From positions 1-49,486 of IMG/VR virus record IMGVR_UViG_3300011338_000733: a DNA stretch of 49,486 bases. One strand, written 5' to 3'. Shown piece by piece: positions 18,745-27,200 of the stretch. The position numbers and the translations under genes are program-made. The notes below the pieces were generated by a model. It was not told the DNA's origin. It saw only the letters and a program-made list of their open reading frames with translations, and did no database searches. The DNA comes from a virus. Lineage: Duplodnaviria > Caudoviricetes. Numbering within the stretch: position 1 is the first letter of the stretch; every line of letters begins with the position of its first letter.

Positions 18745-18963
18745 ATGACACAAACAGCAGTAGAGTGGTTATTAGAAAAAGTTTGTAATGAGATATTAGA
18801 TAATGAATTTATTAATAAACTAAGTATTGAGAAAACACATTTATTTAATAAAATTTCTATACAAGCCAAAGCAATGGAGAAGGAGCAGATAAAAGAAGCT
18901 TATTGCAAAGGAGATGATAATATTGGAGCAGAAACATACTACAACGAAACCTATAAAAAATAA
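18745..18963 (+). CDS. QTAVEW family protein
   Basis: MTQTAVEWL...AKAMEKEQI...YYNETY. Confidence 0.7.
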   Translation: MTQTAVEWLLEKVCNEILDNEFINKLSIEKTHLFNKISIQAKAMEKEQIKEAYCKGDDNIGAETYYNETYKK

Positions 18964-19002
18964 CAACCAATAGTAAGGCAGAAATAGATAAAAACAAAAC
19001 CA

Positions 19003-19386
19003 ATGACATTTCCAGAGAATCTAAAGTATACCAAAGAACACGAGTGGATCCTAATAGAGGAGGACAAAGCCACAATAGGAATAACAGAGTTTGCACAGTC
19101 CGAACTAGGAGACATAATATACGTAGAGACCCAGAAACCTTCAACCAAGGAGATAACCAAGGATGCAGTGTTTGGAACAGTCGAAGCAGTAAAGACAGTA
19201 TCAGATCTATTCATGCCAATATCAGGAAAGATACTAGAAACAAATCCTCTATTAGATACAAATCCAGAATTGGTTAATACAGATCCTTATGGTCAAGGAT
19301 GGATGGTAAAGGTACAGATAGAGAACATAGATGAGATACAAGATCTATTGACAGCAGAGGAGTACAGAAGTTTGGTAGGATATTAA
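19003..19386 (+). CDS. gcvH: Glycine cleavage system H protein (lipoyl carrier)
   Basis: LKYTKEHEW, IGITEFAQSELGDI, VEAVKTVSD (lipoyl-Lys), VNTDPYGQGW. Confidence 0.95.
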   Translation: MTFPENLKYTKEHEWILIEEDKATIGITEFAQSELGDIIYVETQKPSTKEITKDAVFGTVEAVKTVSDLFMPISGKILETNPLLDTNPELVNTDPYGQGWMVKVQIENIDEIQDLLTAEEYRSLVGY

Positions 19387-19414
19387 GAACAGATATTTAT
19401 TCTAAAAACCAAGG

Positions 19415-20125
19415 ATGAAATTAACCAAGATACTAGAAGCAGAGTATGGAAACGTACTGTTTGCGGATCCTAAAAATAACCCTAAATTTGCTAAGTTACA
19501 AGGAGCAAAACCAGGATCCGAACCAGATACGGAAGGAGAAAAGATGCTATACAAAGCTTTACAAAAGTGGGTAACAAACCCAAAAGACGCCGTAACAGAT
19601 CTATACGGGTTTAAAAAAGATCTTAAGAAAGTAATCAATGACTTTCCAGAAGTCGTTAAACCATCTACTCCAGATGGAACTTTGCTCTTTAGGGGATTAA
19701 ATAATCTATCTCCAGATCTAGAAGCACAAATAAACAAAGCAGATCCAACCGATTGGATTAAATCAGGAAATTGGTATCTTTTAAAAACGCCAATAAAATA
19801 CACTCCAAGAAGAGTTATACAGTCGTGGACTCCCAATTACAAAGTAGCAGAAGAGGGATTTTCAGGACACGCGATGCTAATAACAAGACAAAATTCCGAG
19901 TTTATATTCAACCAAAACGTTTTTAAAGTGTTATACGATGAGAACGAAAGAGAGATATTGCATTTCGATAACCAATATTCCGGTAACGTTTACGTAGCGA
20001 TAGCAGAATATCCGGGGATGTCTTGGATACGAAAATTTTATAAGAGATACAAAGAGATTCCTAAAGTTAAAGCACCGACGGGAGGATTAAAAAATCTATC
20101 TTCTACCCTAAAAGAAAACAAATAA
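19415..20125 (+). CDS. Putative R-S-E class ADP-ribosyltransferase with capsid-targeting-like leader
   Basis: LFRGL ... QSWT...VA..F ... ENEREIL in the correct order; leader MKLTKILE; late motif at 19393. Confidence 0.65.
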   Translation: MKLTKILEAEYGNVLFADPKNNPKFAKLQGAKPGSEPDTEGEKMLYKALQKWVTNPKDAVTDLYGFKKDLKKVINDFPEVVKPSTPDGTLLFRGLNNLSPDLEAQINKADPTDWIKSGNWYLLKTPIKYTPRRVIQSWTPNYKVAEEGFSGHAMLITRQNSEFIFNQNVFKVLYDENEREILHFDNQYSGNVYVAIAEYPGMSWIRKFYKRYKEIPKVKAPTGGLKNLSSTLKENK

Positions 20126-20128
20126 CCA

Positions 20129-20761
20129 ATGAAACTAACCAAGATACTAGAATCAGTACTAACTACAGAGATAGGAGATACTTCTGCCGGTCAATTCCCA
20201 TTTACTTCTAAAACCAAAATGATTCAGCAAGAAGTACGTAAAGCAATCCAAGACATAAAAGATACAGTAGAATTTAATTCCAGCTATTTCAAAGATCCAA
20301 ATTCATGGAAAGGCACATCCCAACCCGGTAAGACCCTAATATGGGACGTAAAGGGAAGCCGTAAACTAAGATATCTAGTAGAAATAGATTGGGAAGTCAC
20401 TCTAAAATCCCGTAAAAAAGGTCAAGATCAATTCACCACTTGGGCAAGGATAGACTTTGATGTTAAAGGAAACACAAGTTGGGTACAAGACACCAATGCC
20501 AAAGAACAATACAAACTTATGGCAACAATAGTAGCAATATACAAAGAGTTTGCAGAGGCAGTTGAACCTATAGCTCCACTAGATGGAGGCGCATTTTATG
20601 CTAAAGCAGATTCCGAAGAGTCTCAAGCGCCCGATCTTAATTCACGCAGAGCACGTCTATACACACAATATATAACTAAGAATTTGAATCAATTACCGGG
20701 TAAATGGAAGATACAAACGAATAAAGATCAGCAAAGAATGGAAATAATAAGAACTAAATAA
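20129..20761 (+). CDS. 'EIGD' paralog family member 1 (DUF6934-like domain)
   Basis: TN..EQYKLMATIV...RARLY..YI. Confidence 0.7.
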   Translation: MKLTKILESVLTTEIGDTSAGQFPFTSKTKMIQQEVRKAIQDIKDTVEFNSSYFKDPNSWKGTSQPGKTLIWDVKGSRKLRYLVEIDWEVTLKSRKKGQDQFTTWARIDFDVKGNTSWVQDTNAKEQYKLMATIVAIYKEFAEAVEPIAPLDGGAFYAKADSEESQAPDLNSRRARLYTQYITKNLNQLPGKWKIQTNKDQQRMEIIRTK

Positions 20762-20767
20762 AATCTA

Positions 20768-21379
20768 ATGAACACCTTAGAACTAGCTAAACATAAAGCA
20801 AATCTACTTAAGGAGATAGGAGACGCTACATCGGCCTTACCAATCAAAAAGCCAAACATCAAAGCTACAATAAAGAAAGCAATGGAAGGCTTGCAAAAAA
20901 CAGTAGATCAAAAAACCAGACACCACAGCAACCATTACGAAATGGCAGTAGAAAGAAAATCTACTTACACAGCAACAGGGGATGCCACATACGCCATAGA
21001 AGTAAAGTACGATGTACACGTAGAGGTAAAAAATAAGAAAGCAGTGGGATTCTCTACCACCGCAAGGATAGACTTTGATGTTAAAGGAAATAAGGGAGAA
21101 GTAGAATCCACAAACCTAAACGAGCAATACAAAGTAATAGGCGCAGTAACACAGGCCTTTTTAGACTTCGCTAACCAAGCAGAATCAATAGCTCCACTAA
21201 AAAGAGCATCTATATACGCCAAAGCAGACGAAGGCGGAGATACTAGTCTCGATTCCAAAAGGGCCAGAATCTACAAGATCTATATAGAAAAGAACCTAAA
21301 GAATTTACCGGGCGAGTGGACGATCAAAGACAACCCAAATTGGGGAGGATTTAATCTAACAAGAAGCAAAACAAAATAA
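20768..21379 (+). CDS. 'EIGD' paralog family member 2
   Basis: Shares ARIDFDVKGN, EQYK, IAPL, YAKAD and LPG.W with member 1. Confidence 0.7.
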   Translation: MNTLELAKHKANLLKEIGDATSALPIKKPNIKATIKKAMEGLQKTVDQKTRHHSNHYEMAVERKSTYTATGDATYAIEVKYDVHVEVKNKKAVGFSTTARIDFDVKGNKGEVESTNLNEQYKVIGAVTQAFLDFANQAESIAPLKRASIYAKADEGGDTSLDSKRARIYKIYIEKNLKNLPGEWTIKDNPNWGGFNLTRSKTK

Positions 21380-21383
21380 CCTA

Positions 21384-22379
21384 ATGAATACTTTAGAACT
21401 AGCAAAGCATAAAAGAAATCTACTTAAAGAGATAGGAGACACTTCACCGTATTACTCAGAGAAGGTCATAGACGATGAAGATCACAGAGTGTATAACTTT
21501 GAAACTAATTCTACTCCTCCAACCTATTACGAAGTAGAACTAAGTGAATTAGAACCACATCAATTCAAAGTATATAAGATTGGATCAGGAGTAACTCTAG
21601 CTATAAACTTTGGAGTAACAGACGATCAAGGAATAAAAAGCACCAAAAAGCTAACCAACAAGGGAGAACTATACAAAGTAATGGCAACGGTAGCAGACAT
21701 AGTAAAAAAAGATCTAAAAGAACACCCGTATATTAACGCCCTTGAATTTACTCCTTCCAAAAGACAAGACAAAGACACAGAAGAATCAAACGCAAGAGCA
21801 AATCTGTATAAGAAGTATATAGAGATGAATTTTAAAGGAGCAGATATCTCTAAAGATAATTCAAATGATACCATATTAGTAAAATTAAATTCACTAAAGG
21901 AGGTAGGAGATGCTAAGAATCAACAACCTTATACAGATATAGAAAGAACCCAAATGGGTAATAATACCAGATGGGATTGGGAAACACCAGAAGGAGTTAT
22001 ATACGCAGCGACTGCAGTTAAAGGACCACACAAAGAAGGAGGCATATACTATAATGTCCTTTTTGGTATAAGAAAATCAAAGGATAAGTATTACGATGTA
22101 AGTCAAAATGTAACAAGCAAAGACACTCAAACAGGAAATCTATTTCGTGTAATGAAAACCATGATCGATCTTATAAACAAAGAAATAGAAATAGATCAAA
22201 AGGAGGGCAAGAAAGTTAAAGAGATTATTATGGAACCAAGCAAATCTCCTAGTACAAGTGGAAAAAACGATATGAGAAGAGCCAACATATACACTGCTTT
22301 TATAGAAAAGAATATGCCAAAAGGCAGCCAAGTAAAAACAGATTCAGGAGGATATAAAATAGTAATAGAACTACCCTAA
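21384..22379 (+). CDS. 'EIGD' paralog family member 3 (two tandem domains split at SLKE|VGD)
   Basis: Two copies of G.L(Y/F)(K/R)VM.T...PSK...RAN(L/I)Y. Confidence 0.7.
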   Translation: MNTLELAKHKRNLLKEIGDTSPYYSEKVIDDEDHRVYNFETNSTPPTYYEVELSELEPHQFKVYKIGSGVTLAINFGVTDDQGIKSTKKLTNKGELYKVMATVADIVKKDLKEHPYINALEFTPSKRQDKDTEESNARANLYKKYIEMNFKGADISKDNSNDTILVKLNSLKEVGDAKNQQPYTDIERTQMGNNTRWDWETPEGVIYAATAVKGPHKEGGIYYNVLFGIRKSKDKYYDVSQNVTSKDTQTGNLFRVMKTMIDLINKEIEIDQKEGKKVKEIIMEPSKSPSTSGKNDMRRANIYTAFIEKNMPKGSQVKTDSGGYKIVIELP

Positions 22380-22392
22380 TACATAATAACTA

Positions 22393-22893
22393 ATGAATAC
22401 ACTACAATTAGCAAAGCATAAAGCAAATCTACTCAAGGAGATAGGAGACGCATCAAAGAAACCTTACGGACCCATAGACCTAATAACAGACGACGAGGCA
22501 GAAAGACAATACGGATTCAGTACAGACTCAGGCATAATATACGAAGTAAAGGTAGAGACTTTCTATAGAGGAGAAGGAAAACCAGTAATAGCAAGAGTAC
22601 AGTTCGGAATAATAGACGAGGACGGAGACGTATCTTACGATGCTCAAACAGGAGAGAATGACATATACAGAATCATGTCAACCATAGTAGAGATAGTAAA
22701 GAAAGACCTTAAAGACAATCACGCAGATATTATAGAGTTCACTCCATCTAAAAGAGCAGGAGGAAACAAAGACAAAGAATCAATGTCTAACGTAAGAACC
22801 CAACTCTACTCAAGATATATTAAAGGACAATTCCCAAATGCAGAGGTTACAAGAACCATACCTGGAGATATAAAAGTAATATTGAATCCGTGA
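22393..22893 (+). CDS. 'EIGD' paralog family member 4
   Basis: MNTLQLAKHKANLLKEIGD; YRIMSTIV...FTPSKR...RTQLYSRYI. Confidence 0.7.
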   Translation: MNTLQLAKHKANLLKEIGDASKKPYGPIDLITDDEAERQYGFSTDSGIIYEVKVETFYRGEGKPVIARVQFGIIDEDGDVSYDAQTGENDIYRIMSTIVEIVKKDLKDNHADIIEFTPSKRAGGNKDKESMSNVRTQLYSRYIKGQFPNAEVTRTIPGDIKVILNP

Positions 22894-23063
22894 ATCAAGA
22901 GATAACACTAGAAGAGATAAGAAAACTGGCAGAAAAGACGTGGGAGGGCTGCCACCACTGCGACGAGTACGACAAACAGTTTTGGATCAACGGCTTTATA
23001 CAAGGTTACCTGATAGGACAAGGTGATATACAAATAGTGGCAATCCCCTCTATGACACCTTGA
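22890..23063 (+). CDS. Small CxxC protein
   Basis: Manual translation ...LAEKTWEGCHHCDEYDKQFWINGFIQGY...; GTGA overlap. Confidence 0.5.
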   Translation: MNQEITLEEIRKLAEKTWEGCHHCDEYDKQFWINGFIQGYLIGQGDIQIVAIPSMTP

Positions 23064-23345
23064 CAAAGATTACGGTAGAATATGACACATAGGCAGAGTG
23101 TGTAAGAAAACCCTATACCAACGAAGAAAGGAGGCACCCAGAGTGGAAGAACCCAAGGGGGGAATACTTCCAAGAAAAAAATAATCCCACTCGGTAACAG
23201 TAAACCTGTAAACCCAACGAAAAGAAAAAGAATAAAATAATAGTGAAAAATAATCATCAACTAAAAAGATAAGCAGCAATACAGAAGCAAATAACGCGTA
23301 TATTTACATAGGTTAATTAAATAACAAACATCAAAAACAGGTTAC

Positions 23346-23591
23346 ATGACAAATTCAAACAGGCCACAAGCCTACACCAAGTTGACTTACATTCAGAAGG
23401 CTGCTCGCGTTAACCGCAAACTCCGTACAGGCGACATCACTCGCGTGTCAGAAGCAACCGGGTATTCAACTACACACGTCTCTGACGTAGTAAGTGGTAA
23501 GTATTTCAACGACGTTATCCTGAACAAGGCCTACGATATGACACGCGGTCGTATCTCTAACGTCAAGAAGCTTGATTCAGTAATGAACTAA
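23346..23591 (+). CDS. Helix-turn-helix DNA-binding protein
   Basis: GDITRVSEATGYSTTHVSDVVSGK HTH pattern; own promoter motif and terminator. Confidence 0.75.
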   Translation: MTNSNRPQAYTKLTYIQKAARVNRKLRTGDITRVSEATGYSTTHVSDVVSGKYFNDVILNKAYDMTRGRISNVKKLDSVMN

Positions 23592-23609
23592 GCATTCACC
23601 CTAAGGTAA

Positions 23610-23658
23610 GCGGGGACTGGGTTTGGTAACAGAATCTTTCGGTCCCCGCCTCCTTTTT
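23610..23658 (+). terminator. GC-rich hairpin plus T-tract
   Basis: GCGGGGACTG...CGGTCCCCGC then CTCCTTTTT. Confidence 0.65.
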
Positions 23659-23908
23659 AGATTTAGTCAGATATTTATTGACAGTAGGAGTGACATTCCC
23701 TGCACCGCTGGACGGAGCAACAACAAGGGACGAAGAGACGAATACTAAAGAACAAAGGTCAGAGCCGCTGGATCCTCTCTAAAGCCAGACGCGAAAGTAA
23801 ACATATATCACCCCCAGTTGCACCCCATGCCAAAATGCAGGGGTATTGTAGTTTCATAACGTGCTGATTTCCAATGGAAGTCAATGCAGGTCTGGTCGCT
23901 AAACCCCA

Positions 23909-24026
23909 TTCAGCCCAGGATCCAGGGATTAGACAAACTAAAAACTTCTAAAAATACTTGTCAAAAGCTTTATATTGTCACCAGAAAGGGGTACTTTTAC
24001 CCTGTTACCAACCAATAAAGCATATG
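23909..24026 (+). repeat. Copy 4 of the promoter repeat
   Basis: Direct sequence comparison. Confidence 0.88.
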
Positions 24027-24290
24027 AATTTCAACAGTTTCACTCGAGTTACCATCTGCCTCTCCTCCTCTAGGTCTTACGCTTCTCTGGCCAGAGCAAT
24101 CCATACCATCAACGAGAACATCTATGGCGAAGAAGCCTATGCCAATCAGAGGATCGAATTTAAGGACCTGTACAACGCAGACGGATCGCTTGACCACTTC
24201 GAACTTACAGGCACCCCACTTGACCTTTTCCAAGTCGGTCTCAGGTACGGTGGATACGAAGAGGCCAAGCGTGAAAAGCTGGCCATCTAA
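24024..24290 (+). CDS. Early hypothetical protein (start re-called)
   Basis: ATG at the end of repeat copy 4. Confidence 0.7.
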   Translation: MNFNSFTRVTICLSSSRSYASLARAIHTINENIYGEEAYANQRIEFKDLYNADGSLDHFELTGTPLDLFQVGLRYGGYEEAKREKLAI

Positions 24291-24333
24291 CCCTAACCAA
24301 AATTTCAGATCAACCTTAATCAAAATCAAAGTT

Positions 24334-24594
24334 ATGACAATCACATTAGAATTGAATCAAGACCAGTTAGAAATCATCTCAGACGCACTCGTCAATCGCG
24401 CTGTTACGATTAATAGTTTCATCCGTCAGCTTCGCGAGGACGGCACTGCACGCTCTGCCGCATTGGCCGACGCCTATCTCGAAGAAAAAGAGCAGATCGA
24501 GGCATTACAAGAGCAGATCCTAGTAGGTCAGAAGTTAGACGATGTTTTAACTCAGAAATTCGGTGACGCATTCAGTGCACTAGGATTCAAGTAG
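24334..24594 (+). CDS. Early hypothetical protein (start re-called)
   Basis: AAAATCAAAGTTATG leader. Confidence 0.7.
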   Translation: MTITLELNQDQLEIISDALVNRAVTINSFIRQLREDGTARSAALADAYLEEKEQIEALQEQILVGQKLDDVLTQKFGDAFSALGFK

Positions 24595-24675
24595 AATTCT
24601 TTGCTTTACAGAGAAAATAAATTTTTCCAGATCAAATAAAAGCAGTATATTTACATAGAATAAAAAATCAAAGTT

Positions 24676-25485
24676 ATGACAAACAACATTACCACCTTCA
24701 ACACTAGCCGCGTACTCAGCCTCGAAGAAGCAATCGAAAAAGCACCAGCCATTGCTGCCACCAGACCCGCAGCACACATCAATTTAAACCGCTATAAGTT
24801 CACACCGACAACCGAAGTCATTAGCCACATGAACGACCTCGGCTTTGTCCTTACCTCCGCTAAGCAATCAGCTACAAAGTCAGACCTCAGAAGGGACTAC
24901 GGTACACACATCGTACAGTTCCAGCACCCTGAGCTATCAATCAAAGGATCTGATGGTTCACTAGAAGCCAAGCCAACCGTGGTCTTGGTTAACTCCCACG
25001 ACGGCGTAATGCCGATCAAGTTCGAGATGGGAATGTTTAGGTTAGTATGTTCAAATGGCCTCATGATCAAGGATCAAGACTTCGGAGGATTCAGAGAGCG
25101 CCACACAAAGCTAGACTTCTCAGCGATCAAGGACCTCATTAGCGAGAAGATCGATGGCATGAACACAGTCGTAGGCAAGATCTCTAAATGGAACGGAGTA
25201 GAGATGACAGCAGGACAGCGGACTGCCTTCGCTATCGAGGCTTTAGCAATGCGTCTTAACACTGATCGTCAAGCTGAAGACTACGAGATCAACGAGATCC
25301 TGTCTTCACGACGCAAAGAGGATGACAGCAATACGTTGTGGCACGTCTTCAACCGAGTACAAGAGAACCTTATCAAAGGCGGGTTCCAGATGAACAACAG
25401 AACAGCGAGGCCGATCACCAATCCTATACAGGACATGACTCTCAATCAAGGTCTCTGGACATTAGCAGAAGCCTACGCGAACTAA
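24676..25485 (+). CDS. DUF945/DUF932 phage/plasmid protein
   Basis: Y.F.PT, LVNSHDG, GMFRLVCSNG, LW.VFNRVQENLIKGG, LNQGLW motifs. Confidence 0.85.
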   Translation: MTNNITTFNTSRVLSLEEAIEKAPAIAATRPAAHINLNRYKFTPTTEVISHMNDLGFVLTSAKQSATKSDLRRDYGTHIVQFQHPELSIKGSDGSLEAKPTVVLVNSHDGVMPIKFEMGMFRLVCSNGLMIKDQDFGGFRERHTKLDFSAIKDLISEKIDGMNTVVGKISKWNGVEMTAGQRTAFAIEALAMRLNTDRQAEDYEINEILSSRRKEDDSNTLWHVFNRVQENLIKGGFQMNNRTARPITNPIQDMTLNQGLWTLAEAYAN

Positions 25486-25494
25486 GAGCGAAAG

Positions 25495-25610
25495 CAAGGT
25501 GCTGGCGTACCACTAGCGGTGCGCTAGCTCCCTGCCAAAGCATTAGTTTTCGGAGCCAGGAAGGGCCAGGGGCCGGGGCCCTATGCTTTGGTCCGTCGCC
25601 AACTCCCAGA
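25495..25610 (+). ncRNA. GC-rich multi-stem structured element (candidate ncRNA or cis-element)
   Basis: TGGCG/CGCCA, CTAGCG/CGCTAG, CCAAAGCAT/ATGCTTTGG and GGGCC/GGCCC pairings. Confidence 0.45.
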
Positions 25611-25650
25611 AAAATTTCACCTAATCAAAAACATATTTACAAATTTACAC

Positions 25651-25875
25651 ATGACAGATTTGATTCCACTACTAAAAATCATAGAGAACAATGTTACTCC
25701 CGAAGACTTCCAATCCTTTCTAGAAACTTTACCAGAAGCACAGAAAATAAACAGACTCTATGCGTACCTAGACAAGATACAGTTTTACATCAACATTGGA
25801 CACCCTATGCAAGCTGCTCTCTTTTGTGCCTACGAGAACGAAGTAATTGCAGAAGAACCAGGAGACCTTTATTAA
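25651..25875 (+). CDS. Hypothetical protein (start re-called)
   Basis: A-rich leader; weak similarity to the next gene. Confidence 0.65.
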   Translation: MTDLIPLLKIIENNVTPEDFQSFLETLPEAQKINRLYAYLDKIQFYINIGHPMQAALFCAYENEVIAEEPGDLY

Positions 25876-25885
25876 AAAAAATACA

Positions 25886-26128
25886 ATGAATACGGATCTT
25901 ACAAACGACCTCACCTTTCTCGCTATAAGTCTGAACGAAATCTCGGAAGTCCTGGACTACAACGAATTCAAGCAATTGATGGAATACCTTACACGCGCAA
26001 AGTACGACGGAATTCTGGACGAGTATCTGTACGAGGTTAAAAATATATACATCAAAGGCACGGACCTGGCCTCAGCTTTCGATCACGCGTACTTCGATCT
26101 GTTCTTAAACCCCGAGAAAAATTTCTAA
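25886..26128 (+). CDS. Hypothetical protein (start re-called)
   Basis: L..YL..(I/V).....G....A...AY pattern shared with 25651. Confidence 0.65.
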   Translation: MNTDLTNDLTFLAISLNEISEVLDYNEFKQLMEYLTRAKYDGILDEYLYEVKNIYIKGTDLASAFDHAYFDLFLNPEKNF

Positions 26129-26154
26129 CCTGTCAAAAAAGTAAATACAGAAAT

Positions 26155-26418
26155 ATGTTTAACCTATTCAAAGCAGAAACGCAAGAGGCAATGGTCAGTC
26201 TAATCGCCACTCAGTCAGACCTAATCGCACTTTACAAAGAGGCAATCAAAGATCGGGACGAGATCATCAACCACCTAAAACGACTAGTCAATTTGCAAGA
26301 GGAGCAGATCGTCGACCTTAAAAGTGACCTTAAGGTCATGCGTCAGGGGCTAGCCAGTTACTCTGAGTCCATAGCTCACTACAAAGATCAACTTTCAGAA
26401 TTAGAAAAAAAGCAGTAA
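26155..26418 (+). CDS. Coiled-coil protein
   Basis: Heptad repeats. Confidence 0.7.
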   Translation: MFNLFKAETQEAMVSLIATQSDLIALYKEAIKDRDEIINHLKRLVNLQEEQIVDLKSDLKVMRQGLASYSESIAHYKDQLSELEKKQ

Positions 26419-26440
26419 ATTTACCTAAAATACGAAAGTT

Positions 26441-26623
26441 ATGAAAATGATCAATCTAGAAAGGACGTTTTTCGTTCTCGGTCTTGTTAGCTCTATCACA
26501 GCAGCAGTCTTCACGTTTCAGTCGGGCTTTTCGGCCTGGTCTTGGCCTCTAGCATGCGCTATATGGATCCTAACAGCCTGGATCAAGACCGAAAGAATCG
26601 AATCAATCACCAAAAACAAATAG
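26441..26623 (+). CDS. Two-TM membrane protein
   Basis: Hydropathy; promoter motif at 26416. Confidence 0.65.
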   Translation: MKMINLERTFFVLGLVSSITAAVFTFQSGFSAWSWPLACAIWILTAWIKTERIESITKNK

Positions 26624-26626
26624 TAT

Positions 26627-26776
26627 ATGCAGTACGCAATCCTAAGCGCCTCAAACGCGCAAGAACTAGCAGAACAGGTTAACCAACGACTATCACGAGG
26701 ATGGAACCTGTATTCTAATCCTTTCACAGAAAAAGGTATGTATTACCAAGCGCTCACCTACTCTCAAGCCGTCTAA
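26627..26776 (+). CDS. DUF1737-like small protein (49 aa)
   Basis: MQYAILS...QVNQRLSRGWNLYSNPF...YYQAL. Confidence 0.6.
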   Translation: MQYAILSASNAQELAEQVNQRLSRGWNLYSNPFTEKGMYYQALTYSQAV

Positions 26777-26909
26777 GTCACCCGAGCTGTTTTGGGCTAC
26801 TAAAACTCTCTCTTAAGATTATACACAACAGTCGGGTCCTGATCTGACCTGGTTAGCCGGATGCAGCAGGCCGATTGTTGTGGGTCTTTTGAGTCTAAAA
26901 ATTAAAGTT

Positions 26910-27194
26910 ATGTCGTACGTTATCTTTATCTTGGTCTGCCTCGCTATCGGTTTTTTGACCGTTAAATTCTTTAGGATCCTTGCTGGTCTGGCCATGATTC
27001 TCTTGGCCGCGTTTATCCTTGGGTTTCTTATCATGCCGTTCGATGTGAGCCTTGGCGGAAAGGTCGTTGGTTTTAGCGCTGGCTTCTTTATCTGCGGCTA
27101 CGTAATCCACATAGCTGCTCTTGCCCTATCTGCCGTTTTTGCTGCTCCTTTTGCTTTGCTTTGGTTAGCTATCAAGACTTTGTTCTCTAAATAA
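26910..27194 (+). CDS. Very hydrophobic membrane protein (start re-called)
   Basis: AAAGTTATG leader; 3-4 TM segments. Confidence 0.65.
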   Translation: MSYVIFILVCLAIGFLTVKFFRILAGLAMILLAAFILGFLIMPFDVSLGGKVVGFSAGFFICGYVIHIAALALSAVFAAPFALLWLAIKTLFSK

Positions 27195-27200
27195 TCTATT

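Noticed and set aside
3001-24026. CRISPR array or IS ends as an explanation for the dispersed repeats
   Set aside because: Copies are kilobases apart, with no spacer periodicity, no transposase and no target duplications.
26824-26882. SRP (4.5S) RNA
   Set aside because: It lacks the GNRA/GGAA tetraloop and the CAGG...AGCAG symmetric loop; only a partial GCAGC resemblance.
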